64,000 nucleotides of DNA, taken from positions 66,588,001 to 66,652,000 of the forward strand of contig NC_135660.1 in NCBI RefSeq assembly GCF_964188315.1, read 5' to 3'. Source of the stretch: Podarcis muralis (taxonomy: Eukaryota). This document shows, one piece after another, positions 27,848 to 39,564 of the stretch; positions within the stretch are counted from its first letter, which is position 1, and each line of letters starts with the position of its first letter. The translations under genes and the position numbers were made by a program. The notes below the pieces were generated by a model. It ran no database searches, had not been told where the DNA came from, and worked only from the letters and a program-made list of their open reading frames with translations.

Positions 27848-28553
27848 TAGACTTACAAGAACACTGACAGAAATAATTTCATTTGAGTGTTAACTACGTA
27901 TTTCAGCTGATTGCCATTTCCCTTATTATTTCATCTTAGATATTTAATAATACTCTGTTTATGTGTTACTCATCCATACAACATATCATTATTATAAATG
28001 TGACAAAAATGTAGAAAATAGGGAAATGACATTCAGTTTGATGTTGTATCCTAAACATGAAGGGTTTTGTTTCAATTAATTATTTGTATTAGGATTTAGA
28101 GTTATGAAGACAGCAGAGACTTATACCACATCACAAATCCCTGGATTATTTCACTAGGGGGAATTATATGTATGTTAAACAGCATGGGAAACAATATTGT
28201 AGGATTTTGCATTGAGAATTGAGATGTGATAGCCCCCTCATAACTTCTGCTTACTGAAACTGCACAGGCAAAATGGTGGTAGCAAGTGTCCTTTGACATT
28301 ATCAGCCTGATGGGAGAGACACTGAAATAGATAGTACCTCATATCTATTTGGACTTCTCTCAGGTTTCCCATAACTTACACTTCAGTTGTCACTTATCAC
28401 CCACAATTCTGTGGAATAAAAGTTGCACATCTTTGCCAGGCATCAGATATTGCAATCTTTGAGTTGTCAGTTAGAGCTACAGTAGGAACCTCTCTTCACA
28501 TGTTTTGCCACAGTATTATCCTAAGGTAAATATAATCTCTTTCAGTTATCTCT

Positions 28554-28882
28554 GAATCTCTGGGCTTGCCGATCAGAAGGTCGGCGGTTCGAATCCCTGC
28601 GACGAGGTGAGCTCCCGTTGCTCGGTCCCTGCTCCTGCCAACCTAGCAGTTCGAAAGCACATCAAAGTGCAAGTAGATAAATAGGTACCGCTCTGGCAGG
28701 AAGGTAAATGGCGTTTCCATGCACTGCTCTGGTTCGCCAGAAGCAGCTTTGTCATGCTGGCCACATGACCCAGAAGCTGTACGCCGGCTCCCTCGGCCAA
28801 TAAAGTGAGATGAGTGCTGCAACTCCAGAGTCATCTGCGACTGCACCTAATGGTCAGGGGTCTGTTTACCTTTATCTTTACC
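28554..28882 (+). mobile_element. Sauria SINE, slightly 5'-truncated, 27-bp TSD
   Basis: B-box ggttcgaatcc; tail tttacctttatctttacc; TSD taaatataatc(t/g)ctttcagttatctct at 28527-28553 and 28883-28909. Confidence 0.93.
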
Positions 28883-30591
28883 TAAATATAATCGCTTTCA
28901 GTTATCTCTTTCGTTGACTAGGATGACTACCCACAGAAGAACCCTAGAGCTATACCTGTTGTAAACATTCTCAGGGGGTTACTACTTCCCTATCATTTAA
29001 ACAGACTGATGCTAGTTCATAGTACAAAATCAAATATTGCCATGCAAAATATTAATAGTTATCTGCATATTGTTCCTGTTGATTAAAATCCAAATGTTGT
29101 TTCATATTGCAGTAGATACAACCTGAAAGCAGAAGACAAAATGCATGCTTTTCTTCTGAGATTTTATGCTTAAGTCTATGTGAAGATTGCCATATAGGAG
29201 GAACGTCCATGAATTCTGACTGCACATTATGAACTCTGTCTTGCTAGCCTTGGAATTATGCCACAGTAAAAATAAAGACTGATAGACAAGATTTCCGGAA
29301 GCCATCCCTGTCATCTTGGCTCTGGCAAGATCTGCCAACACCCTTCCATCAAGATGTGAACTGACAAATCAGCTCTATTATATTTAAGAGGCTAAGAAGT
29401 TGACACTGACTTTGCAAAAGAGGAAACAAATATAGTAAACAAACAAACAAACACAAGGTCAGTGAAGGACACGCTGGGACATGCATTCTAGAGACATGGA
29501 GAAAGAATGCAAGGGTACTGAAAACTGGCCAACTTTTTACTGCCTGCTTAGCCTGGTCTCTTGCTTCCTCCATTCTTTTTAGTGAGGTCTGCAGGGAAAT
29601 AGTGCTTGCAGGGGCTGCAAGCAATTAGAAGAGATAACAAAATCACTAGCCAATAATGGCAAATAAGATGCTCACTGAAAGCTAGAGTTCTGTTATACAA
29701 GATGAAGATAAATTAGATTATGATGTACATATCAACCTGTAAATCAACTAGATTATGAAAACATAGCCCATTTCACCTGTTAGGCATACATTTCTAGTTT
29801 GCATTTGTTTTAGAAATGAATGAAAAATTAAATAAATGAACCGCCATTTGGTTAATCATTTCTAAAGCACATACAAACGGATAAACATGTGAATGAATAA
29901 AACTTGTTTAACTGCTTTGCGCTGAAGACAGTGTTTTGCATTGATCACACGGGCCAGGATGCTGTGTGCTGTTCACAGAAATGTCACTGTGAGAAGCAGT
30001 TGAGAAAGAGCAGTGGAAATAACAAGCCTATAGATGTCAAAGAAAGATTACTGGGGCATGGGAAATAAAGGGAGGGAAGCACTGAAAGAATACACAATCA
30101 CAAAATTTAGGTATGATAGCATTTAGGCTATGTATGCCATTTCCCTTTCCTCAATCTGTCTGAAATTAGGCTGGATTGAAGTAGTGGGTGGGTGTGCCTG
30201 AAAACATGCCAATAGGATTACACATAGAGAAGTTACAAGCAGGAGATTTGCAGCTGGTTTTTGAACTGAAAGTTACAGGGTGGCCTATGAGGAGGCTTTG
30301 CCCAAACTGCTTACATTTTTGACAGGTCTGATGCCCTGGGAGATAGCGAAATGCCTGCAAAGTTCATGCTGTTTGGAAGGAAAACATGGAACCTACAGAT
30401 AAAAGAAGACTGTGTGGATCTCTAGTTGAAATCAGTGGTAAAAGGAATGATCAAGGGAACTGAATGATAAATGAACTAATGCAATTAAGATCTATTTGTA
30501 ACTAAGATCTATTTTCTAGTTACACATTACTGGAACACATAACTTGTTTTCATTTCTATTTTGTATCAATTAGCAGAACTTGATTCTAGAA

Positions 30592-30727
30592 CAGGCATAG
30601 GCAAACACGGCCCTCCAGATGTTTTGGGACTACAACTCCCATGATCCCTAGCTAACAGGACTAGTGGTCAGGTATGATGGGAATTGTAGTCCCAAAACAT
30701 CTGGAGATCCGAGTTTGCCTATGTCTG
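30592..30727. mobile_element. Palindromic hAT MITE (136 bp)
   Basis: TIRs caggcataggcaaac / gtttgcctatgtctg; inner inverted repeat ccagatgttttgggactacaa; perfect TSD ttctagaa. Confidence 0.93.
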
Positions 30728-32769
30728 TTCTAGAACATACTAATATTTTCTTCAGTCAAACCTGCACAGTTTGATAAAACACAAGAGCTTGATGTAACCC
30801 TCTTTTTTTGCTGCCTGCTCTGATTAAAAAAACAAGGACATGTGCAGGAAGGCATGGGAACGTTAGCTGATCCTCCTTTGTTTAATTGATATTAGAATGA
30901 TTCCCTCTCCCAAATTACATGTTCCAGAAGTCAGTTTATCTAGCCAGTCAAGTATGTGAATCTCACTTTTATTGTATGCATATGCTGTTGCATTACTCTC
31001 ACAATCCTGGGCCGAACTTAAAACACTTATGAATAAATGTTTAGGTTATAAGGCAGAATGGTTGGCAATCAACTATGATAAAGGCAAAGTATTTATCTTT
31101 ACAAATGAATATAAGAAATATATATGTGTTTCAGATCACTAAGCAATTGAATGGGGAAATCATTTCAAATATTTGGGAGTTATTTCTCAGCCAACGTTGT
31201 CCCTGTCAATTCAGATTCAAAACATGACATCTGGTGTATTGAATATTTTAGTGGCAGTACTAAGTTTTTATTATACAAAAGGAGAACTGCGTATACCTTC
31301 AGCTTAAATGATTCAGTTCTCTTGGATGTCCTTAAAAAGACAAGCTTCTCATACAAAATACAGACACATATATATGTATGAGATAATCGGAATATATACA
31401 CTTATTGTATAACGGGCCATGAAAAACGGCAACAAATTTTTCACAAATATTCCTTAAATAAATAAAAGTGTGATCTTGACCCCACACTATAGATGCCTGG
31501 AGGGAGTTAGCCTGCAGCAATAGCACTTTTCCAATGGCCTTTCCGGTTAGTAGGAAGGAGGAAGCAGAGCCTGGGAAGGAAGGGAGCTATTGCTGGTAGT
31601 AGCTGAAAGGATGTGTTTAGTGAAGGGGAGGGGGGGGTCAGCAGTTTTGAATCTGTGGGATCCAAAACTCCACAGATCTTCCAAAGGGCCAGTCTTCAAT
31701 GTCCAGCCATGCCCACCTGGAGCTGGCATTGGAAAAACAAAGAAGAAATGAGTCATTTCTTGGCCCACATTGCCCTGGTCAAGTCAGATTCTAAACATTA
31801 CTTCTGCTGCATCAAATATTGCTGAATTTTTATTCTAGAAAAGGAGAACAGTGCATACATTCAGCTTCAAAGATTCAGGTCTTGCATACTTTTTTAATGA
31901 TACAAACGTTCAGGACAAAGGACAGCAATGGAGTATTTATTTTTCACACAGAAGATGATCAGAATATAGATACGCCATTGTGTAATGGAGCCACTGTTTC
32001 AACACTGGTGTCACTACAATTTACCGATACCTGCACAGAGCTCTGGAATGTTGGGGTAGGAAGCCAAACCTTGCTCCCTTCCTGCTCTTCCTCATCCCAA
32101 GAAAGTGCAGCCAGTGTCTGGAGAGTGTCTCTGCCCTGCAACATGGGCCACTCCTGCTGCTGCTAAGCCATTTCAGTTAATGCCACTTATCATTTTGTTG
32201 TCAGTGGAACTGTCTGCAACAATTATTGGTAATACTGAATCTACAGCAGAATCGTATCAGAAATAAAGGAGATTAAGCAGTGAGGAGTTTACAGTGAACC
32301 AAAGAACCGATTGCAAAGTGATTCAAGTCAGCATGGCAGGATTCACTAATACAGTGCCAAGTGACCACTGCAATGAGAGTCGAGATTTGCTAGGAGAACT
32401 GCAACAATGCTACTACGAGGAGAAACTCAGATTTTCTTCAAATGGCGTCATTAGGAAAATGATATATTTTTAAACCTCAGCCTGTTTTTTGTTGGAGTAA
32501 CGACTGATGGCCAGATGACCATATAATTCCATTACATATTATCAGTCTGCCTGACTCACTGTCGTTCTCTACTCCCTCACAACTGTTTGCAATGGCCTGA
32601 GTCCAAACCTATTCCCTTTCCCTGCATGCCTGCAGCCTGAGGAACTACTCTCACATCTGTTCAGGTGCAGAAAGGGGTGTGTGTGTCCCCTCCCTCCATT
32701 TTGAAACTTACAGGAACCCTTTCACTGCCACCAAAACACAGTGTCTGCTGGGCTGAACTGAAGCAGCTG

Positions 32770-32935
32770 CCATGTCATGTCAGACCTTTGGTCCATCTAG
32801 CTTTGCATTGACTAGACGGCCCTGGCTCTCCAGGGTTTCAAACAGCAGATTTTCCCAGTCCCATCTAGAGATGCTGGGGACTGAACTTCTGCACACAGAG
32901 TATGTGCTCTATCACTGAGTTACGGCCACTCCCCA
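32770..32935 (-). mobile_element. tRNA SINE (Squam2-like), degraded
   Basis: Reverse of the 46501-46650 type; tgctctatcactgagtta is a reversed A-box. Confidence 0.55.
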
Positions 32936-33423
32936 AGATTTTTCATGCAGTATTTCCAGTCTAAATAGCAGCGGTACACCGGACTGTGTAATAAGTGCAA
33001 TCAGAAAACCTATAGCAAGTTAGTGACGGAGTATTGTGAGGGTGGATGACTTTGCCTTGTCCTTTTATGAAAACTTTTTGGGATTCTCCTCGCAAGTCTG
33101 GGCTACTTTTCTTATGACAGTCGAAAATGGCTACTTTCTCTTATTCTCTCTCTTTAAACTAAACAGACCTTAAACTAATTGCAGTAATGTTGTTAACATG
33201 GCACAACGGCCTCTTTTTCATATTTAATGTTCTGCAAGCCTAAAGAAGCTAATTATTTAAATTAAGGGATAATGTTCACAATGAAGTATATGAGGCAATA
33301 AAAGGCAGGCAGACAATTAAACACCGAAGTGAAGTTCAGGAGTCTGGTATCTGTTCAAGCGTCTTTTTACACGAAGTGTCCAGTGTGCCAGTGCATTCCT
33401 TTTCTCCAAATAAAAACAATAAA

Positions 33424-33471
<48 letters not shown>

Positions 33472-33545
33472 TTTCGTAGATTTTCACGGGTACAGGAATG
33501 CAGGTTTTGGTGTCCTCGGGTGTCTTCCCGTGTAAAAGTTGGGGT

Positions 33546-33594
33546 GTCTAGGCGACGTTTCGACGAGGTCTCACTCGTCATCTTCAGGCTGGTG
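33546..33594 (-). ncRNA. Minimal hammerhead ribozyme motif in the inverted left pseudo-LTR (sense to PCDH15)
   Basis: Exact reverse complement of the right copy (core 33554-33587). Confidence 0.72.
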
Positions 33595-33854
33595 CTTTCG
33601 GCTTTCGGCTTCTTGTTACTGGAACAGAGCAGGATCTCAGTGTTTGAGTTCCTATAAATACTGTTGAGGGGTGTGGTGTATAGCCTCCAATGTTCTGGGC
33701 AGAGAGGAAGTTCCCAGGCTAGTGTGCCTTTTCTTCTTTTGTTCCTTAATTGCTTGAGGGATATCTTGAGTGATTTCTTGAGTGATATCCTGAGTACCAC
33801 TTAGGTGGGTCATTAGGTGTGGATTAGTTGCCACTTAGGTGGGTCATTAGGTGT

Positions 33855-34970
33855 GGATTAGCCAAGACCCTCATCTCCAGAACCAAACGCCTGGCTGACA
33901 AAGACCACTTGACAACTGAGTTACAGAATCTCTCAAATGTGTTAATTGCCAATGGATACCAGCAAAACAGGGTTACGAAGCTAATCCAAAAAGAAACACC
34001 CCCCAAAAACCAAGACACAGAAGAAAACAATGGCATGGCCCTCCTTCCTTATATCAAGGGCACTACAGATAAAATTAGCAAAATCCTCCATAAACACAAT
34101 ATCAAAACAGCCTTTTGCGCCAATCAAAAAATAGCCAATATCCTCAGAAACCCCAAGGATAAAATCCAGTTGGAAAACCAAGGGGTCTATGAAATACCCT
34201 GCAAAGTCTGCCCAGCCACGTACATTGGACAAACAAACAGACGAATAAATGCACGTATCGCAGAACACAAGAATGCCGTCAAAAAAGAAGAAAAAACTTC
34301 CTCTCTTTTCCAACACATGAAAGAAACAGGACACGAAATTAATTTTGCAGATTCCAAATTGCTCTCTAACATGGAACATCACCACAAGAGAATAATCATG
34401 GAAGCCATCGAGATAGAGAAACACCCTCACAACATGAACAAGCGTGACGACACATCCCGCTTGCCAGACATCTGGAAATTAGCCCTCCCCACAAAAACTG
34501 ACACCAGATCCAGAGGCACACAGAACGCCATCACCAATCAACCACACCAGACCCAAACCCAGACCCTCTCCACAGATAAATTACAGACACCATCCAGTAG
34601 CCAAACCATGGTGGCACCTCCGGATGCTGCACCCCCCTGCAATCCCTACACAGATCTGGCTGGCACAGGCCACAAAACCACAGCTCGCCCCTATACACGA
34701 AGCCAAGCCAGAGCACAACTAAATGCAGTACAGCCATCTTCTCAGAAAAACTCTTCACAAAGTTCAAGAGGTCAAGACACAAAGGCTTTAGCAACTAATC
34801 CACACCTAATGACCCACCTAAGTGGTACTCAGGATATCACTCAAGAAATCACTCAAGATATCCCTCAAGCAATTAAGGAACAAAAGAAGAAAAGGCACAC
34901 TAGCCTGGGAACTTCCTCTCTGCCCAGAACATTGGAGGCTATACACCACACCCCTCAACAGTATTTATAG
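33855..34970 (+). CDS. Penelope ORF remnant: RT thumb/linker (KTLISR, LPYIKG) plus GIY-YIG endonuclease (GVYEIPCKVCPATYIGQT...EH...MEAIEI) and a low-complexity tail; no true start codon
   Basis: Uninterrupted frame within ORF 33828-34970; its first 9 codons derive from the inverted junction. Confidence 0.88.
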   Translation, partial: GLAKTLISRTKRLADKDHLTTELQNLSNVLIANGYQQNRVTKLIQKETPPKNQDTEENNGMALLPYIKGTTDKISKILHKHNIKTAFCANQKIANILRNPKDKIQLENQGVYEIPCKVCPATYIGQTNRRINARIAEHKNAVKKEEKTSSLFQHMKETGHEINFADSKLLSNMEHHHKRIIMEAIEIEKHPHNMNKRDDTSRLPDIWKLALPTKTDTRSRGTQNAITNQPHQTQTQTLSTDKLQTPSSSQTMVAPPDAAPPCNPYTDLAGTGHKTTARPYTRSQARAQLNAVQPSSQKNSSQSSRGQDTKALATNPHLMTHLSGTQDITQEITQDIPQAIKEQKKKRHTSLGTSSLPRTLEAIHHTPQQYL

Positions 34971-35020
34971 GAACTCAAACACTGAGATCCTGCTCTGTTC
35001 CAGTAACAAGAAGCCGAAAG

Positions 35021-35069
35021 CACCAGCCTGAAGATGACGAGTGAGACCTCGTCGAAACGTCGCCTAGAC
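35021..35069 (+). ncRNA. Minimal type I hammerhead ribozyme motif in the right pseudo-LTR
   Basis: CUGAAGA (35028-35034), U, stem II GACGAG/CUCGUC with loop UGAGAC, GAAA (35054-35057), palindromic ACGU stem III, GUC site ending at 35061. Stem I pairing is weak. Confidence 0.75.
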
Positions 35070-35724
35070 ACCCCAACTTTTACACGGGAAGACACCCGAG
35101 GACACCAAAACCTGCATATATATATATATATATATATATAATACATCCATTATAAGAATTCTCCCTTGTGGGAGCAGTCAAAAATGGATACCCCCACCTG
35201 TAGTCTGAAGTGCATCCTCCCCAAGAGGGTTGTACCATGTTTTATTTCTGCATCCACCATCCAGCTTTAAGAGAACGATCTGGAAGTTGCCTCATGCACC
35301 TTAGGAGCTGGCACAAAGTCAAAGTAGTAGAGGATCTGTGCTCATGGTGAAGCAATCAGATAATATTTTCCACATCCCTCACAAGTTTAGCAAGCCATGC
35401 CTTGACAAATATTGTTTAGGGCCCATGTCACAACTGACATACCACTACTTTAAGTCAATCTACATGGCTTTTGCCACCATGTGATGAGAAGTCCAGGTGT
35501 AGTGGATCATCATCCAGACTAGGTAGCTTTTTCTAATCCAGATCTGTAGTGACATGGGGGGACGGACCAATTCAATCGGTGCCTTGAGATAAACTTACGT
35601 GTGGTTCATCACATGACAACATCCCCACATGGCTTTCAGCTGTCCAGTCATGTTATATGCACTAGAGTCTAGTTCGAGTTGATATCAACACAATGACTAC
35701 TGCAAAGATGCCCCAAAATGACTT

Positions 35725-36189
35725 TTATAGAAACACAGATTTGCAGAGTTGGAAGGGATCCCAAGAGTCGTCTACTTCATCCTCCTGCAATGCAGGAATC
35801 TCAACTAAAGCATACATGACAGGTAGCCAGTCAACCTCTGCTTTAAAACCTCCAAGGAAGAAGACTCCCACCTTCTGAGGGAGTCCATTCCACTGTCAAA
35901 ACAGCTCTTACTGTCAAACAGTTCTTCCTGATATTTAGTCAGAAACTCCTTTCTTGTAACTTGATTCCATTGGTTTGGGTCAAACCTTCTGGGCCAGGAG
36001 AAAACAAGCTTGCTCATCTTCCATGTAATAGCCCTTGAGATATTTGAAGATGGTTATCATACCTCCTCTTAGTTTCCTCACATCTAGGCTAAACATACCC
36101 GGCTACTTCAACTGTTGCTCATAAGGCTTTGATTCCAGGCCCTTGATCATCCTGGTTGCCCTTCTCTCAACACCTTCCAGATTGTCAAT
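35725..36189 (-). mobile_element. CR1 LINE 3' fragment
   Basis: gagttggaagggatcccaagagtc tail and cccttgagatatttgaag (reverse FKYLKG motif). Confidence 0.85.
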
Positions 36190-36469
36190 ATGTAAATTCA
36201 TACATGCACAAGGATATGAGCATCCTGACATACTTTCCCCCTTGATGCTTATCCCATAGTACATGTGGCAGTGAGACTTCTTTTTTCCATGTTCATTTGT
36301 ACAACGTTACAAAGTAAAAATCAGATAAAAGTGGTCTGGCATGTACACAAATGTCAGAACAATAATTTCTAAAGAAAGCTACATAATAACTTTTCCCAAC
36401 AACCACATCCTGTTGTCTTAGTACAACTACGAAGACAAATTATGACCACAAACACTAAATACAACTGCT

Positions 36470-36542
36470 AATAGCAAGCAATATATTACTTTTAATAGCA
36501 AGCAATGTTTTAGTTTAATAGCAAGCAATATTTTACTTTAAT
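36470..36542. repeat. Short tandem repeat, three copies of aatagcaagcaat at about 23-bp period
   Basis: Direct reading. Confidence 0.8.
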
Positions 36543-37834
36543 CTTTTTTGGGGAAACGTTTTTATCTACAGTGTCTCTAAGGTGCTAACAACCAATGTTT
36601 TCATTTGATAAAAAACATTGGCTTTGTTTGCATGCACAAGCCTTGCCCCACTAGCACTATCTCATTCCTCCTCGTGCAGCACAATTGTAGACTACTTGGT
36701 TAACTAAGCATAGTTTTCTGTTACTATGTAACCAGAATACTATGTTTACAAGGTACTGCAGTTTGTATTCCTGGTTTGCCCCGAACCTGCTATCTATAGT
36801 TTCTTTGTTCAGATATTACAGGAAACTATGGTTATTTAACCCAGGAAGTTTTCGATCATGGCACGCCAAGAAGGGGTGGCATGAAGGCAGAACTTGCTTG
36901 CACAAAGCTAGTACATGTTTTGGCTTAATAAGCTGAGATATGTACGTCCAAACTGGGTGTATTGTTAAGGACTCTTTTTAAGACAATTCAGTCGCTTACT
37001 GGTCCTGAGAGATAGGTCTTTGCACACACCAATATGTACATTAATAGAGATCGCATAAAATATGTGAGAGCAATAGTATGCATTCAAATGATGCTAAAAA
37101 ATCATTTTTTTTAAAGAGAGAGAATTAAAAAACCCACAAATGAAAATACAAACTGTCTCAGCTCAGATACTAGAGAGGGTTTTTTTTTTTGCACTGTATG
37201 TAAATATGTCAGAGTACAACCGGAGAAATCAATAGGCATGCCATGTTAATTTCAACGAGTCTACTCTGAGTTGGATACCTAACAGGATATATAATAGCAA
37301 CATAACCCTAACCAACAGCAACAGTGTCTCATGTACAACAGAAGAAATAGGGAAAAAAGCTCACTGCACAGAAGACCATTAAATGACCCAAAATGAAGAT
37401 GGGAAAGGAGGTAAAGTATGATCAGTGAACAGAACATATGGGAAAGGAAGAGTAATCTGTGCTAAATGATGCACAGGGTGAACTGTGCTAAATGATGAAA
37501 AATAAGAAGCATAAACATAAGGTGTGTGTCTTGCTCAAACAAGCCCTGCCTCTAATACCCTGGCTCTACTTCAGATCTGTATGTTCACCACCAAAGCCCA
37601 TTGAATGTGGCCAGAATCCTCCCTGAATTCAGGAATCCTATACAATCAGCATTCCGAACTGAAGGGGCAATTCTAACTGTGTTCGGCTGATAGCAGTTAG
37701 ATTCTTGCCGCAGAGGTTTCTGCTCACTGTACAAAAAAGAACAGATAGTGATATTGGGAGGCAGGGCTGGTGTGTGCCCCTGAAACACCATACACAGTTT
37801 GAGCCCTTACACTTTCTTTTGAATGTCTGAAAAC

Positions 37835-37835
<1 letters not shown>

Positions 37836-37903
<68 letters not shown>
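37836..37903. repeat. (GT)n(GA)n compound microsatellite
   Basis: Direct reading. Confidence 0.95.
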
Positions 37904-37913
<10 letters not shown>

Positions 37914-38168
37914 GGGGGGTATGTCTGGTACTATTCACATGTGGAACAGTTTAATGTTCCCATTGTACAGAGTATGTAAAATACTCTGGCATCGGACTAG
38001 GTTAATATTCTGGCTGAGATAATATTCACTCTTCTGTGGTTACTTCAGGCATTTACCACCGTTTAGTTGAAACATTCCATAGCAAGAAGATTGACAAACG
38101 GAACCCAGCTACCAATAGTTTAGATTAAAACCACTGAACAAATGAAAAAGAAAGAAGTCAAGCTTGTA

Positions 38169-38394
38169 CAGTGGTACCGCGGGTTACAGACGCTTCAGGT
38201 TACAGACTCCGCTAACCCAGAAATAGTACCTCAGGTTAAGAACTTTGCTTCAGGATAAGAACAGAAATTGTGCTCTGGTGGCGTGGCAGCAGCAGGAGGC
38301 CCCATTAGCTAAAGTGGTGCTTCAGGTTAAGAACAGTTTCAGGTTAAGAACGGACCTCCAGAACGAATTAAGTTCTTAACCCGAGGTACCACTA
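38169..38394. mobile_element. Tigger-type MITE
   Basis: TA-cagtggtaccgcgggtta...taacccgaggtaccact; caggttaagaac internal repeats. Confidence 0.87.
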
Positions 38395-38688
38395 TATCTT
38401 CTGCAGAGATGAAAGATGCTAAAACACTGCCCCTTTCAGATAAACACGTCTTCACTGCCCTGCTGCAGGCAATCTAGTAAGCACCTCTGCAGTTGCCCCA
38501 TGTGTGCCACTACTGGGTCATTCCCCATTCCAAGAAAATGTGGAATGGGCCACCAACGTGCATTTAGCAATGAACAATAGCCAATCACAATCCCTTGAAG
38601 AGCATACATTTCAAGCATGTGTTTGTGTCATGTTCACAATTTACATCACTACCATTACACTTAAAATGTATTGATTGTACACTTAATA

Positions 38689-39564
38689 CCGTATTTCTCT
38701 CTCTATTACACGCATATTTTTTCTCCTAAAAAGGAAGGGGAAATGTCTGTGCGTGTTATTGAGCGAATGTGGGGGGGGGGGTCCCTGGAGCCGATTAGGG
38801 GAGCGCAGAAACAAAAATCAGCAAAAATCAAATCGTGCGTTGCTTCGGAGAGGGAAACCTGAAAAGAGGAAGTTGCTGCTTTCCTGCATTCTGCCTCAGG
38901 ATCTTACTGCCCACTCGCTTGTGTTTCATTGCTGTGTTTGCTCAAATGGAACAAAGAGCAGGCAAATCCCCTCCCCTCCAGGCAAGCAGAGGGGAAAGCA
39001 GAGGTCTTTCCTTCTTATTCCTCTCCGTGCTCCTCGCAGGCAGCCAGAAAACATGCAGGAGAGAGAGAGCTGGCTTCGGTTTGGGGAAACTTTTGCCTTT
39101 CTTTCCTCCCTCCCGTTAAATCCCTCTCCTGCATTCTTAGCCAGCTGCTTCTCTGCACACCGCTCTCGTGCTCCTTGTCCCTTCTGTGTTTTTCCTTCCC
39201 TCCCCACTTAAAATGTAGTTACAAAGCATGGATCCACATGGATCCTCAGGATCTTTGGATTGGGCCACCCCAAATTCACCATCAGATCACATAGCAGCCT
39301 GCCCCCCAAAAATCACACACCCACTGTTGCCTGGGGCTGCAATGGTGCAAAAATGTGGTTAAAAAGCATGGATCCACATGGATCCTCAGGATCTTTGCAT
39401 TGAGCTACCCCAAATTCACCATCAGATCACATGTCTGTGGCCACAGCATGAAGCACAAAAATGATACATCCACTGTTTCATTCAGAATTTTTTCCCTTGT
39501 TTTCCTCCTCTAAAAACGATGTGCGTGTTATGGTCAGGTGCGTGTTATAGAGCGAAAAATACGG
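38689..39564. mobile_element. pogo/Tc-mariner non-autonomous element (876 bp), related to 3890-4244
   Basis: TA-ccgtatttctctctctatta...ttatagagcgaaaaatacgg-TA; internal direct repeat of about 70 bp (about 39223-39292 and 39362-39432). Confidence 0.85.

Larger units (their letters stand above)
33470..35117 (+). mobile_element. Penelope-like retroelement, 5'-truncated, with an inverted pseudo-LTR, inserted in (TA)n
   Basis: ORF with the RT C-terminal region and GIY-YIG endonuclease; 33498-33831 is the reverse complement of 34791-35117; (TA)n on both flanks; hammerhead motif in both arms. Confidence 0.93.

Noticed and set aside
33336-33834. Minus-strand ORFs identical to the Penelope ORF tail
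   Set aside because: Simply the inverted pseudo-LTR copy.
36470-36542. Short spaced repeats superficially like a CRISPR array
   Set aside because: Eukaryotic intron; 13-bp units with AT-rich, similar spacers are a simple tandem repeat.
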